Shown: piece after piece, positions 14,257-24,452 of the stretch
Layout of the letters: each line of letters starts with the position of its first letter
Numbering within the stretch: the first letter of the stretch is position 1
From: Lama guanicoe
Lineage: Eukaryota
NCBI GenBank assembly: GCA_013239625.1
Contig: MU053594.1
Coordinates: 2,050,127-2,114,126, forward strand
DNA length: 64,000 nt
Reading direction: 5' to 3'
Notes under the pieces: generated by a model
Seen by the model: only the letters and a program-made list of their open reading frames with translations
Told to the model about the DNA's origin: nothing
The model's database searches: none
Position numbers and translations under genes: made by a program

Positions 14257-14317
14257 GGTGTGGAATTCTTTGATGAAAAGCTGAATTCCTTATGTATGGC
14301 CTGGCTTGTGGACCACG
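14257..14317 (+). CDS. PPP2R1B: PPP2R1B exon 11 (GVEFFDEKLNSLCMAWLVDH)
   Basis: cacag|GGTGTG ... CACG|gtaagt; 61 nt. Confidence 0.95.
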
Positions 14318-17300
14318 GTAAGTAGCTAACTTAAAAACAGATTATTAGTAGCAGGCCCATGGTTTGGCGTATATCCCATTTTGTTCATTTATTTCCTTTT
14401 CAGAGAGGAGTCGTAATCTGACCATATTTTGCCTTACCAGTGTAGGGGTGAAGATGGGCTTCGATTAAAGTCCAGTTAACTTGCTCTGAGTGCAAGTTTG
14501 ACATTTCTGTTTTCTTCTGTCTTAAATTTTATTTTCTCCATTAAACAATCTCTTTGCCCTATTTCTCACTCATCGTATTACGTTATTTTCAGACTGTCTC
14601 TTTTATACATGTACTCTTTCTTATCTCAAGGTCTTCTGCTTGACCAGTCATCTTTGTATCTTCAGCCGCTGTAGACAGGGTTGGACAGGGATTGGAAGCA
14701 GATGAAAGGCCTAGGGGAAGAAATGGCTGCTTGGCCTCTGTGAGGTGGCGTAGAGAAGGAGGTATGCATGGCGCGGTAAAGGAGTCTAGGGGTGGAAGTC
14801 GTCACTGTGACCTGGGACAGAGAGGGCCCTGATTTCTGGTTTTGGTGAGAGGTGTATGTTACTTCCTGCACCCTGGCTGCCGCCGCCATGATGCTGAGCG
14901 AGGGCGAGCCAAGAACTCAGGGCAGGGTCAGCTGGGACGGCATTTAGAAAATAAGGTTTTTAATATTTTATCTTCTCTTTGCATTTATTGCATAATTCAT
15001 TTCAGTAATCACAGGATGCTTTATTTCCAGTGCTACGTACTGTGTTGCAAATAAAAGCTGGAACTACTGCTCATCAAAACATACAAGGCAATTGATGTTT
15101 CATATAAAGCCACTTTATATATTAACTTGTTAGCCGCTTACTTTTTGACGGGGCCTCAGGTCTGTTTACTTCCTCTTGTCTGCCAGGCAGTGATGGGTGG
15201 GAGGGGCTCCTTCTGTACAGATGAGGTCTAATGCCAGCCCCGTGTCCAGCCTGGCAGCTTCAGTGTGCCTGAGATCTGTTTACATGAGGGCCCTGAGGAC
15301 TTAGAATGACCTGTGAGCTTTGGCTCCATGTTTTGGTGGATATGATAGGTACCCTGTTTCAGTTTCACAGCATCTTATGTGTACTTTGTGTACTGAGCGT
15401 GTGTCTGTGGGGTCTTCTGGGTAGCTGTTTGGGAGGAGTGGGGATGTTGTATTTGCTTGTACGTGTAGTGGTTTTGTTCGGGGCATATTTGGATCATATG
15501 GGAAATCATACGAAGGAGGGGAGGAAAAAAATGTGCGACTCTCCTAAAGGCATATATATGTAGATAATTTCACTGTTTCCAGACTAGACTATGAAGACTT
15601 TATGTCCATTTTTCTTGTCCTCCAAAATTACTTTCTAAGAGGCTTAATTTTTTTTTCTTTTTAAGTGAAACTCTGGTTTGGCAAATCATAGGAAAGAAAT
15701 TCTTCTCTTTTTAGATGTAAAGCGTTTATATTATTTCTGATAAGTATTTAATGTTAGTGAGTCCCAGCAGATTGTTCTGTAATTTCTTTGAAAGCTTGTA
15801 TTCTGGATGTTTTTTTGAGGAACTCTCAAAGTCCTAATGTTCCACCAAGAATTAAATTCCTGACACCTTTTCTATGTAGGATTGCTCTGTAGGATTGTGT
15901 CAATGCAAGTTAATTAATACTTCCTCTTTTCTCTGATTTTTTTCTTCCAATTTGGGAGCAGCAGAGACCTTTGGGTCGCTTTCTGTAGCAGCATACCAAA
16001 GTGGGCATTGCAGACATTCTCCACACCAATGAAATGTCGGCTCTGAAATTGCTCTGTACTTAATCACACGGATTATTTTGTTTGTTTTTGCATTTTAGAT
16101 AACTGTTATGTAGGACCAATGATCAATTAAATTTTTGGAAACTTTTTTTTTTTTCTGATTATTAAACTACTGAAAGAATACTGTGAAAAATCCAGAGAAG
16201 TGTAAGGAAGGAAGTATCACTGTACTGCTGCTCCCATGGTTGAGTGGATAGTGTTGATTAGAGGGAGGAATTCAGGAGGGGGATTTATTTTTTATAGGAG
16301 AAAGGAAAAAGTTAGCATATAGAGTGTGTTAGGAACTTTGCAAGGCAGCCAGACCTTGAGGGGAGAGGGGAAAAGGGGGAGGGGGAGGGAGAGAGGCAAA
16401 ACAAGAAGAGAAGAGAGGCAGAATGGTTTGCATTCTTTTTGCAGCAAAATTGAGGGGAGCCAAGAACATAGTAGGCATCTGGCCAAGTAGAGTTGAGTGC
16501 AGTTAAGGTCTGGGTCAAGGCCGAGTGCATGTGCTCTGTCTCCGGTTACTCTGGCAGTGAGATCCCTTCCTATGGTAATGGCATTAGGAGGAGAAAAATC
16601 TCCAGCAAATTAAAAAAACAATGAAGGGAGAAGACACAGATGCTCTAGATGCCCTTGAGGGGTAGAGGTGTTGGGGGTTGGGGGGCTGTGCCCGAGACAG
16701 AGGCTGTGAATGAAGGTGGGGAACTTGTATTATGGGTCAGGCTGACTTGAGCTTGGTCCTTAGAGGGTGCTTCTGGGTGTTCCTGGCAGGTTGCTTCTCC
16801 CACAGACTTTGGTCCCGTTGCGTGTTGGTGATAAAGGATGTAGTTCCTTGGCTGTGCTCTCTTGCCTGTTGTCATCAGTGGCGCTGCCCGAAAGGATTTC
16901 ACGGACCCGGAAGAGCTGGATATTTCCTGTCTGGAAGCCTCGTGTAAATTATCCAGGATCAGGGCTGTGGCTTGGCTATTGTTAAGCCATTCTTGCCCAT
17001 CCTGCCACCAGGAAGGCCGGGCTTACCTGGAGAGAGAAGTAGAATAAGGAATCGGTCCCCACCACTCTAGGTCTGTTACTGAAGACCGGATTTTGGACTT
17101 ACTAGACATGTGAAATGAAGCAGCGCCACACCTGTCTTTGTTAAGTGCTGTTCGCAGAAACTAGTTGTGAGAAGGTAGTTGCCCTTTACTTTACTGTCTA
17201 GATTTATGATGTTGATAAATGATCTTGTAGGGAGTTGTTAGGTATTAAAGCAGACATTGGACATGTTGTCTCAACAGAAACATTTTTAAGGGAAAAAGAG

Positions 17301-18403
17301 GCAAGTCAATCTCAAGTTTCTGTTTGCTGTTGTGTCGGTGACGACGGTGGCCTCTAAATGACCTCCTCGCTGTCATTCTCTCCTCAGCTGTTCTTGCTGC
17401 TGCTGGAATCATCTTGCTAAAATACCACATTGGTCATAGGGTCACATCTTTGCTTTAAAAACCCATCATTGGTTTTCTAACAGAGTCTAAATTTAGCTTC
17501 CATGATGCTCTGTGTTCTCAGTCCACCCGAACTGTTCAACCTTACAGTCTCTCAGTCTGTGCCCTTGGTAAATATTTTTGCCCTTTCTAGGAATTCTTCC
17601 CTTCTCTGTACTTACACAAATCCTCCCTAATCTCTAAGGCCCCGTGCAAGGCCTCTGTTTCTCGAAGCCTTCCCAGACCTCCCCGTTCTCTCTGCTCTAA
17701 AGCCCTGCATCCCTCACAGTCTTTGCTACACAGCTTCGTGCCTTGCTGTAGTCGGTCTCAGGCCTCGTGACTCCTTGGAGGGCAGCAGCTTTCACTTCTT
17801 TGCTGGAGGGTGTGACCTTCGGGGGAAGTTATCTTACGCATTCTTTCTGAAACACGTAGCACCCAGTTGCCACTCACGTTTGTTCATTAATAATGCTTGG
17901 AGTGAGCTTGTCAGCCATTTCTTGGTCATCTCGTTTCATGCAGGCGGCTCTGTCCCTCTTTAATAATCCTGGGACAAAACACCACCACCTGCGACTTCGC
18001 TAATAAGCTTTTGTTTTGTGCCCCTTACCCTCTGCCAAACCCTAACTGAAATAAATCTCTCTCCCTCCCACACCTACAGCCTCTACTACAGCTACTCTCT
18101 GCACACCCACATTTTCTTACTTGGACTATTACATTAGATTCTGTATTAGTTTTCCTGTCTTCAGTCTTACCGTTTTGTTTTTGATCTCTTTTTCTTGAAC
18201 ATACTGTCCCATTTTGCAGCTGTAATAAGACCGGATCAGTAAGTTAGGCGTCATAACTGATCGTGTTTGCTATTGCTGTATGACTGAATGTGGAGTGTTG
18301 ACAGAGTTTTATTTTTGGTCCTTCTTTGGATGATGTAAGTAAAAGTAAACTAGGTTATGCTTATGGTGTGAGCAGCACAGTGTGTCCTTCGCCTCTTCTG
18401 CAG

Positions 18404-18558
18404 TGTATGCCATCCGGGAAGCCGCCACCAACAACCTCATGAAGCTGGTTCAGAAGTTTGGAATAGAGTGGGCCCAAAATACCATCGTCCCCAAAGTGTT
18501 AGTAATGGCAAATGATCCTAATTACTTGCACAGAATGACCACTTTATTCTGCATTAAT
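18404..18558 (+). CDS. PPP2R1B: PPP2R1B exon 12 ([20 protein letters not shown]...[13 protein letters not shown])
   Basis: tgcag|TGTAT ... AAT|gtaagt; 155 nt. Confidence 0.96.
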
Positions 18559-18908
18559 GTAAGTATGACATAGCTAGTAGTGCAAAGCACAAATGTTAAA
18601 GCAGTTATTCAATCCTGTGCTTCTGAATTCTGAATACATTGTCTTTTGTTTGGAATATGTTTCTTATACTGATGAATTTGGACAGTTAGGAGATCAGAGA
18701 AAAATGTCAATTTTTCAGTTCCTGTTAAAATCTATAGGAGTCAGATCAGTTACTTATGAATTCTGATCTAATTCTGGGACTCTTTGCTGCCTTCTATCCT
18801 TCATTCAGAGGCTCAAACTAGAAACAGTTTCCTGTTGGCCAGTTACTTGCTTATTAAATATTAACTTGTCTCTTTAGATTTTGGGATATTTAAAAAAGTA
18901 AAAGTGGT

Positions 18909-19029
18909 GGGGGAGGGTACAGCTTAGCGGTAGAGCATGTGCATAGCATGTACTCAACCCCCAGTACCTCCATTTAAAAAAATTACAAAAGAAAAAATAA
19001 ACCTAATTACCTCTCCTCCTAAAAAAAAA
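18909..19029 (+). mobile_element. tRNA-derived SINE, camelid vic-1-like, internally deleted
   Basis: GGGGGAGGGTACAGCTTAGCGGTAGAGC (A-box) ... CCCCAGTACCTCC-A-rich-AAACCTAATTACCTC-polyA; homologous to the other copies in the window. Confidence 0.8.
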
Positions 19030-19031
19030 GT

Positions 19032-19167
19032 ATTTTATTTTATTTTACTTTTTTTTTTTAAGCAGTCTTTTTCTTTTAATTTATTAATTTTTTTTTTAAA
19101 CAGAGGTACTGGAGATTGAACCGAGGACTTAGTGCACACGCTCTGCCCCTGAGCCGTGCCCTCCCCT
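19032..19167 (-). mobile_element. tRNA-derived SINE, vic-1-like, diverged
   Basis: polyT then GAGGTACTGGAGATTGAACC ... CTGAGCCGTGCCCTCCCC, the reverse of the same consensus. Confidence 0.75.
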
Positions 19168-19211
19168 CCAAGGAAAAGTGTTTCAGAAGTGCCACCTTGT
19201 TCTTTTTCTAG

Positions 19212-19354
19212 GTGTTGTCTGAAGCCTGCGGTCAGGAAATAACCACTAAGCAGATGTTGCCTATTGTATTGAAAATGGCCGGAGACCAAGTAGCAAATGT
19301 CCGTTTCAACGTGGCCAAATCTTTACAGAAAATCGGACCAATTCTAGATACTGA
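19212..19354 (+). CDS. PPP2R1B: PPP2R1B exon 13 ([47 protein letters not shown])
   Basis: tctag|GTGTTG ... ACTGA|gtaaga; 143 nt. Confidence 0.95.
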
Positions 19355-19498
19355 GTAAGATTTCTGTATTATTATTATTTTAAAATAGATTAAAATTTTC
19401 CCCTTAGAGTAGGGAGTAATAGCTGTAATTAAAATCAGTAATTTTTCACTTCACCTGATGTGTGAAGAAAATAATAAAGTAATTTAACAACTGATTTT

Positions 19499-19627
19499 TT
19501 TGTTTTGTTTTGGTGGCGGGGAGGTAATTAGGCTTATTTATTTTTAGAGGAAGTACTGGGGCTTGAACCCAGAACCTCATGCATGCTAGGCATGCGCTCT
19601 ACCACTTGAGCTATGATACCCTCCTCC
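19499..19627 (-). mobile_element. tRNA-derived SINE, vic-1-like, full length with TSD
   Basis: A and B boxes on minus strand; TSD ttaacaactgatttt (19484-19498) / ttaacaactaatttt (19628-19642). Confidence 0.88.
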
Positions 19628-19843
19628 TTAACAACTAATTTTGAGGGCGTCCACTCAGACTTTTGCATTTAAGCTCTGTATATGTGTAGATCATTGCCCA
19701 AAGCTAATTCTGCTAACTTATTTTGTGCTTGTTAAGTGTATATTATAGGTGTTTTAAAATATTTTAAACTTTAAAAATTACCATACAGCATGCATTTCTC
19801 TGGCCAAGGCCTGCCTTTCACAGACCATACCGTTGGATTTTAG

Positions 19844-19935
19844 TGCTTTGCAGGAGGAAGTTAAGCCAGTGCTCCAGAAGTTAGGCCAAGATGAAGACAT
19901 GGATGTCAAGTACTTTGCACAGGAAGCTATGAGTG
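19844..19935 (+). CDS. PPP2R1B: PPP2R1B exon 14 ([31 protein letters not shown])
   Basis: tttag|TGCTTTG ... AGTG|gtatgt; 92 nt. Confidence 0.95.
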
Positions 19936-20344
19936 GTATGTCCCCGTTTCCTGCTTTCAAGCTTTCACTTCATCTAGCGGGGTGTGAGTGGTGGTAAGTG
20001 GGCCAGGCAGTGAGCATCTGGACACGGGGAGGAGCTGAGCTCCTGGAATGCTTGTCTCTTCTTCCAGTAGAACCTTCTTGGCCAACCCCTGAGCAGGCCG
20101 TTTCCTCAGTTTCATGTCTAGGACTGGATTGGGGGTATGATTCTTACTGATAAAAGCAGTTTTTTCTTTGGATTTTCATCAGTTTTTAAAGATTAACTTT
20201 TGATTAGCCTGGCCGAGTAAAGAAACTGACCACGAGAAGCTGATGGTCGTATGATTTGGGGTCTTTGTTGTCGTGCTTAATCTGCGCATAGATAGTTCAT
20301 GAACTTTCTGTACCACTAACTTGCTTTTGTTTGGAATTTTCCAG

Positions 20345-20361
20345 TGCTTGCGTTGGCATAA
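20345..20361 (+). CDS. PPP2R1B: PPP2R1B exon 15 coding part, short isoform (VLALA*), followed by 3' UTR
   Basis: ttccag|TG CTT GCG TTG GCA TAA TGA; phase matches exon 14. Confidence 0.93.
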
Positions 20362-21600
20362 TGAGGAACAGGAGGGAAAAGACTTTACTAAATTCTTACC
20401 ACAGATTTCTAGTCCATGTGTTCTTAAACTGGGTGGAGAGAAAAATGGAAAACCTTCAAGACCTCATCCGAGCAAATGGCAGCAACTTACAAGAAATCAA
20501 ATTTCAGTGACTTGATTCTTTCTAAAGATGAAGTGGGATTGTTTTATACTTGTCTTCCTTGTTGGGATAATTATATTTAAGCCATTCTTATTGTTTGTGA
20601 CCCATTCCTGACACTTGGTGCAGTCATTTCTTGATTGTCTCCTAGTGATTTATCCAGCACCATCTGGTCTCCTGCGTCTTCATTGTTTTACCAAGCCTGG
20701 ATGGGTTTGGACCCAGACGCGGAATGGAGTGATTCTCTTGATGTTTACATATATCTGTGTCTCCGTCTTCCAAAGTTAAGTGTACATGGTTTAGAATAAC
20801 TTAATTTATAAACACTCTATTTGGGAGACACATTGAGATTTAACTATAGTGAAAGCCATATTTTCCTGGGTAATAGTGGTCCGTGTCAGTGTTGCACATG
20901 AAAGGGGAATGTGGAAACTCAGGGTTCATCTGTTGGTTGTTTTGGTGTTTATTTGCTCGATTCTGATTGTAATCATGTCATTCAGAAACCTGGAATGCAG
21001 ATGCATCTTGCTGCTGGTGCCCGATGTTGAAGCCTAACTGAATTTCAACAGCTCCCCACTGTGACCACCTTCAAAAATGCTTCCCTCTCTTCTGTGCTCT
21101 AAGAAACTGAAAATGTAGTGCCTTCTAACAAGCAGTGGTTCTCCTGTTTGATTGTAAGATCGCAATTGTTATTTCAAATGAGCAGAAGAACCACTGGTCT
21201 ATACAACACTGTGAGGACCTCTGCTCTCTACCTGGTTCTGCTTCCAGCTGTGTGAACATCTGGTCCTTGCTGCATGTACAGTAGTGGCTTTCCAAACTGA
21301 AGTTTCTTTAGTTATTTTTTGATATGGGTGATGCTGGAATCTTACCATTTGAAATGTTTCTTTCTCTACTTTTACAGTAAAACCTCATTAATTTCTCATG
21401 GAATTGAAGATAAAGAGTTAAGCTGAAGGGTTTGCTGAAGCAAATTAATGTAAAGAAGCCTGTTGTGTCTCAACTACTTAACAGTCTTAATGCTCTTTAA
21501 AAAAGCACCCTTTTACCATTTGGTATGCGGGTTACTAATCACTCTATTCAGTTATATTAAAATACCTTCCGTGAGGATCTTTATGAAGCCACACTTTTTG

Positions 21601-21740
21601 TTTTAATTTTATTTTTTGTTGAGGGGGGAGGTAATTAGGTTTATTTATTTGTTTATTTTTTAGAGGAGGTACTGGGGATCGAACCCAGGACCTCACGCAT
21701 GCTGAGTATGTGCTTTACCACTTGAGCTATACCCTCCCCC
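21601..21740 (-). mobile_element. tRNA-derived SINE, vic-1-like, in putative PPP2R1B 3' UTR
   Basis: GGAGGTAATTAGGTTT...GAGGTACTGGGGATCGAACCCAGGACCTC...CTTGAGCTATACCCTCCCC; TSD-like ccacacttttt / ccacatttttt. Confidence 0.88.
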
Positions 21741-22689
21741 CCACATTTTTTTTAGATGCATTCAATTTACTCTCTATCTTTGATGTGTATGCATATGTAT
21801 TTCATGGAGAATTTAAATATTTTTTCTTTTAAATTTATGAACATTTTTCACCTAATCAAACTTGCCTTGTCCCTAATGAAATTTTTAATTAATGAGGTTT
21901 TATTGTATTTATTTTTTTTCTTCTGTGCATCATGCTATGTGGTTTGCTTGTTTCCGTTTTGATTTTCAAATTGTTTCTTTCATTCACAGTCTCTTAAACC
22001 CAGTGGGCCCTGTTATGATTTGTGGAGGTCCAAAGACTTTCTGTAAAACTTCGTACCCTAGACTGTTTTATAAAACCAAGTTTTGACCAAATGCTTTCAA
22101 GTTTGTCTCACCTTAGAAAAACAGAGCATTTTAAATTAGAATTATCTGCCTACATTTAAAACTGCCAAGCTACTTTAGAGTAAGTTTCTATTTTATTACT
22201 TTTGGGCTAAGAATTAAATATTTTCCTAGGCAAAAACCTTTTCTACATTCTCATTTTAATATCTTAAACTATTATGCTGTGGACATTTGAATTTGGTTTC
22301 ATGGTTCTTTTTATTTTTTTTATTACCTGCGAGGTATGTTCCTCTTCATTGAATTTCATGTTTGAGAGAGTATTGTCTTAAAACAAAGTTACACAACCAG
22401 TGCCTTCCTCTGGTTGGAAATGCCATTGATTTTGGGACAGATTTTTAAATGCCCATGTGGAGCCCCTGGGGAGCCCTGACCTCCAGCCGAAGACCGCGGG
22501 GCCAGGGAGACAGCGAGCCCTGGCCTTCCCAGCCGCGGGTCAGGTAGCTCAGCGGGGCCCTGTCTCTGGGTGACCAGCAGGGACCTCATGGTTTCGCTCT
22601 GACTTAAACAGGAGGGAGCCCCTTTTGTTACTCCTCACGGGAACTGTTCTTCGGCTCATAACTTGGTCATTTTCTCCACAGGTTAGTTT

Positions 22690-22835
22690 TCTTCTCCTGA
22701 TTTCACTGGAATGTAAGCTCCAGGAGCTGTGTCGGGGCAGGGATTCTTGTCTGTTCTGTCCTCTAGGGTGTCACCAGCACCTGGATCAGTGCCTGGTGTA
22801 CACAGTAGGTGCTCAATAAAAATGTGTTCAATGAC
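22690..22835 (+). mobile_element. LINE-2 3' end
   Basis: ctggaatgtaagctcca..ggcagggatt..cagtgcctgg..acacagtaggtgctcaataaa. Confidence 0.7.
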
Positions 22836-24330
22836 TGTCTAAAACCTGTCCTCTGGTGTGTTGTGTGCGTGGAGCAGGCCACCCAAGGTGCCAGACTGCT
22901 TCCCGTTCTCCCGTTGACAGAGGGTTTCACTGCTCTTCAGACACAAGCTCTTGGGCCCCTCTCCAGTCCCCGTCCGGCACCTGTTCTGTTCGGCTTACGT
23001 TGTGACGCCCGCAGTAGACGTCGCCGTCGTTTTTCAGCCCGGCCGGTTTGTGTCAGTTGTTTGGCTGACCAGCAAAGTGAAGTAGACACATATATACCAC
23101 CTTATGCCAATCAGAGCCTCCCCAACCACGGGGTTCACCTTAGTGTTATTCTTTCCACAGTTTTTGTGGGGTTTACCCCTCACTGGTGTAAGAGACCAGA
23201 TCTTTCTCTGTCCATGCTGCCGTGATGGGATGAACCTGAAGATGCAGTAAATGGGTTGCTGTGCGGTTTCTAATGAGGCTTTGTTGAAATAATAACCCTC
23301 AGCTCATGGAAATACCACAGCCTGGCCACTGTGGCCCAGGGCCCTGCGGGTCCTTGCTGGACAGCTTGTCCTGACTCAACAGAGACGGCAGCCTGACCTT
23401 TGAGCTGCCTTATCCAGGCGTCCGAGGTCCTTGTGTAGACCTCCGGGGAATGAGACGCGTCATTCCTGAGCTGGTGACTGGCTGTGGCAGTGCCGGCTGG
23501 TCGCAGTTTCATTAATCGCTGTGTCGTCATGGAGTTCAGAATCTGGGGCTTTCCTGTGGAAATCACACCGGTTCCTTCCCCCTGCGGATGGCAGGGCAGG
23601 GTGGCCAATGACTTGGGTGCTTGTCGTACCCTCTTGCCTTGCTTGAATTCCTCTGACACTTTTTTCCTTTTGGCACTTGTATCTTAAAGCCTCCTATTTC
23701 TGCACCGCCTGGTATAAAACCGCAGGGGGGTAGGAGCTGTGTCACCTTGTTCTCCTTGGTTTAACAATGAAGTGATTGTGGTCTGATGTTATGTAATTTC
23801 CCTCTGATTCTCTCATATTCCTGATTCCATCCAATTCCTTGCTCCTCTTTCCTGTTCACTCACATGTCTCCAGTCCTTTTTTTGTACCTAGAATAGTCTC
23901 ACCATTCCCCATTTGCCTCCACAAGCCTGCTGTTTCCAGGAAATTACATAATGTTCAGTTGAGATGGAAATCTTAAGAGAGTTTAATTACTCATTGGGTA
24001 GAAAAGCCAAGTCATTTCTTTATCCAGAGTTGTTTTCTTAAACTGATAGCATCAGCTCTGAGAGGAGCCAGGTCTTTTTTGTCTGGTTGGGGCTCTGTAG
24101 GCTGTCAGTGACCCAGATGTGGGGGGAGCACCCGGCTGGCACCGTAGGCCCAGTAGGGTGGCCCTTGCCGTGGCTGTCGAGGAAAAGGCACCTCCAGTAA
24201 GGTCGTGGGTGAACTGGCTTTCTCTGCACGGGGACCCAGCGCTGCGACAGCGAGGCGTCCTGGCTGGGACGCACAGGTGGGCATGAGCCCTGGTCAGGGA
24301 CGGTTACAGCGCTGCTGTCTGTGTCTCTAG

Positions 24331-24452
24331 TGGTGGTCCAGAGGCTGAGGAAGCTAGACTTGCCTGTGAAGGACTGTGACGAGCCCAGCGCCCCTGGGGC
24401 TGACAAGAACCACTTCCTGAGACCCAGAGGGCCTGGAGAGGACGCGGGGAAG
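24331..24452 (+). CDS. PPP2R1B: PPP2R1B alternative penultimate exon, long isoform (VVVQRLRKLDLPVKDCDEPSAPGADKNHFLRPRGPGEDAGK)
   Basis: gtctctag|TG ... AAG|gtaagc; 122 nt; phase-compatible with exon 14. Resembles the recalled human long-isoform segment VVAQRLRKLEFPVKDSGEPSVPRADKNHFPRP. Confidence 0.85.

Noticed and set aside
19499..19627. tRNA-like A/B boxes (also in the other SINE copies)
   Set aside because: Tails, polyA and TSDs show these are SINEs, not tRNA genes.
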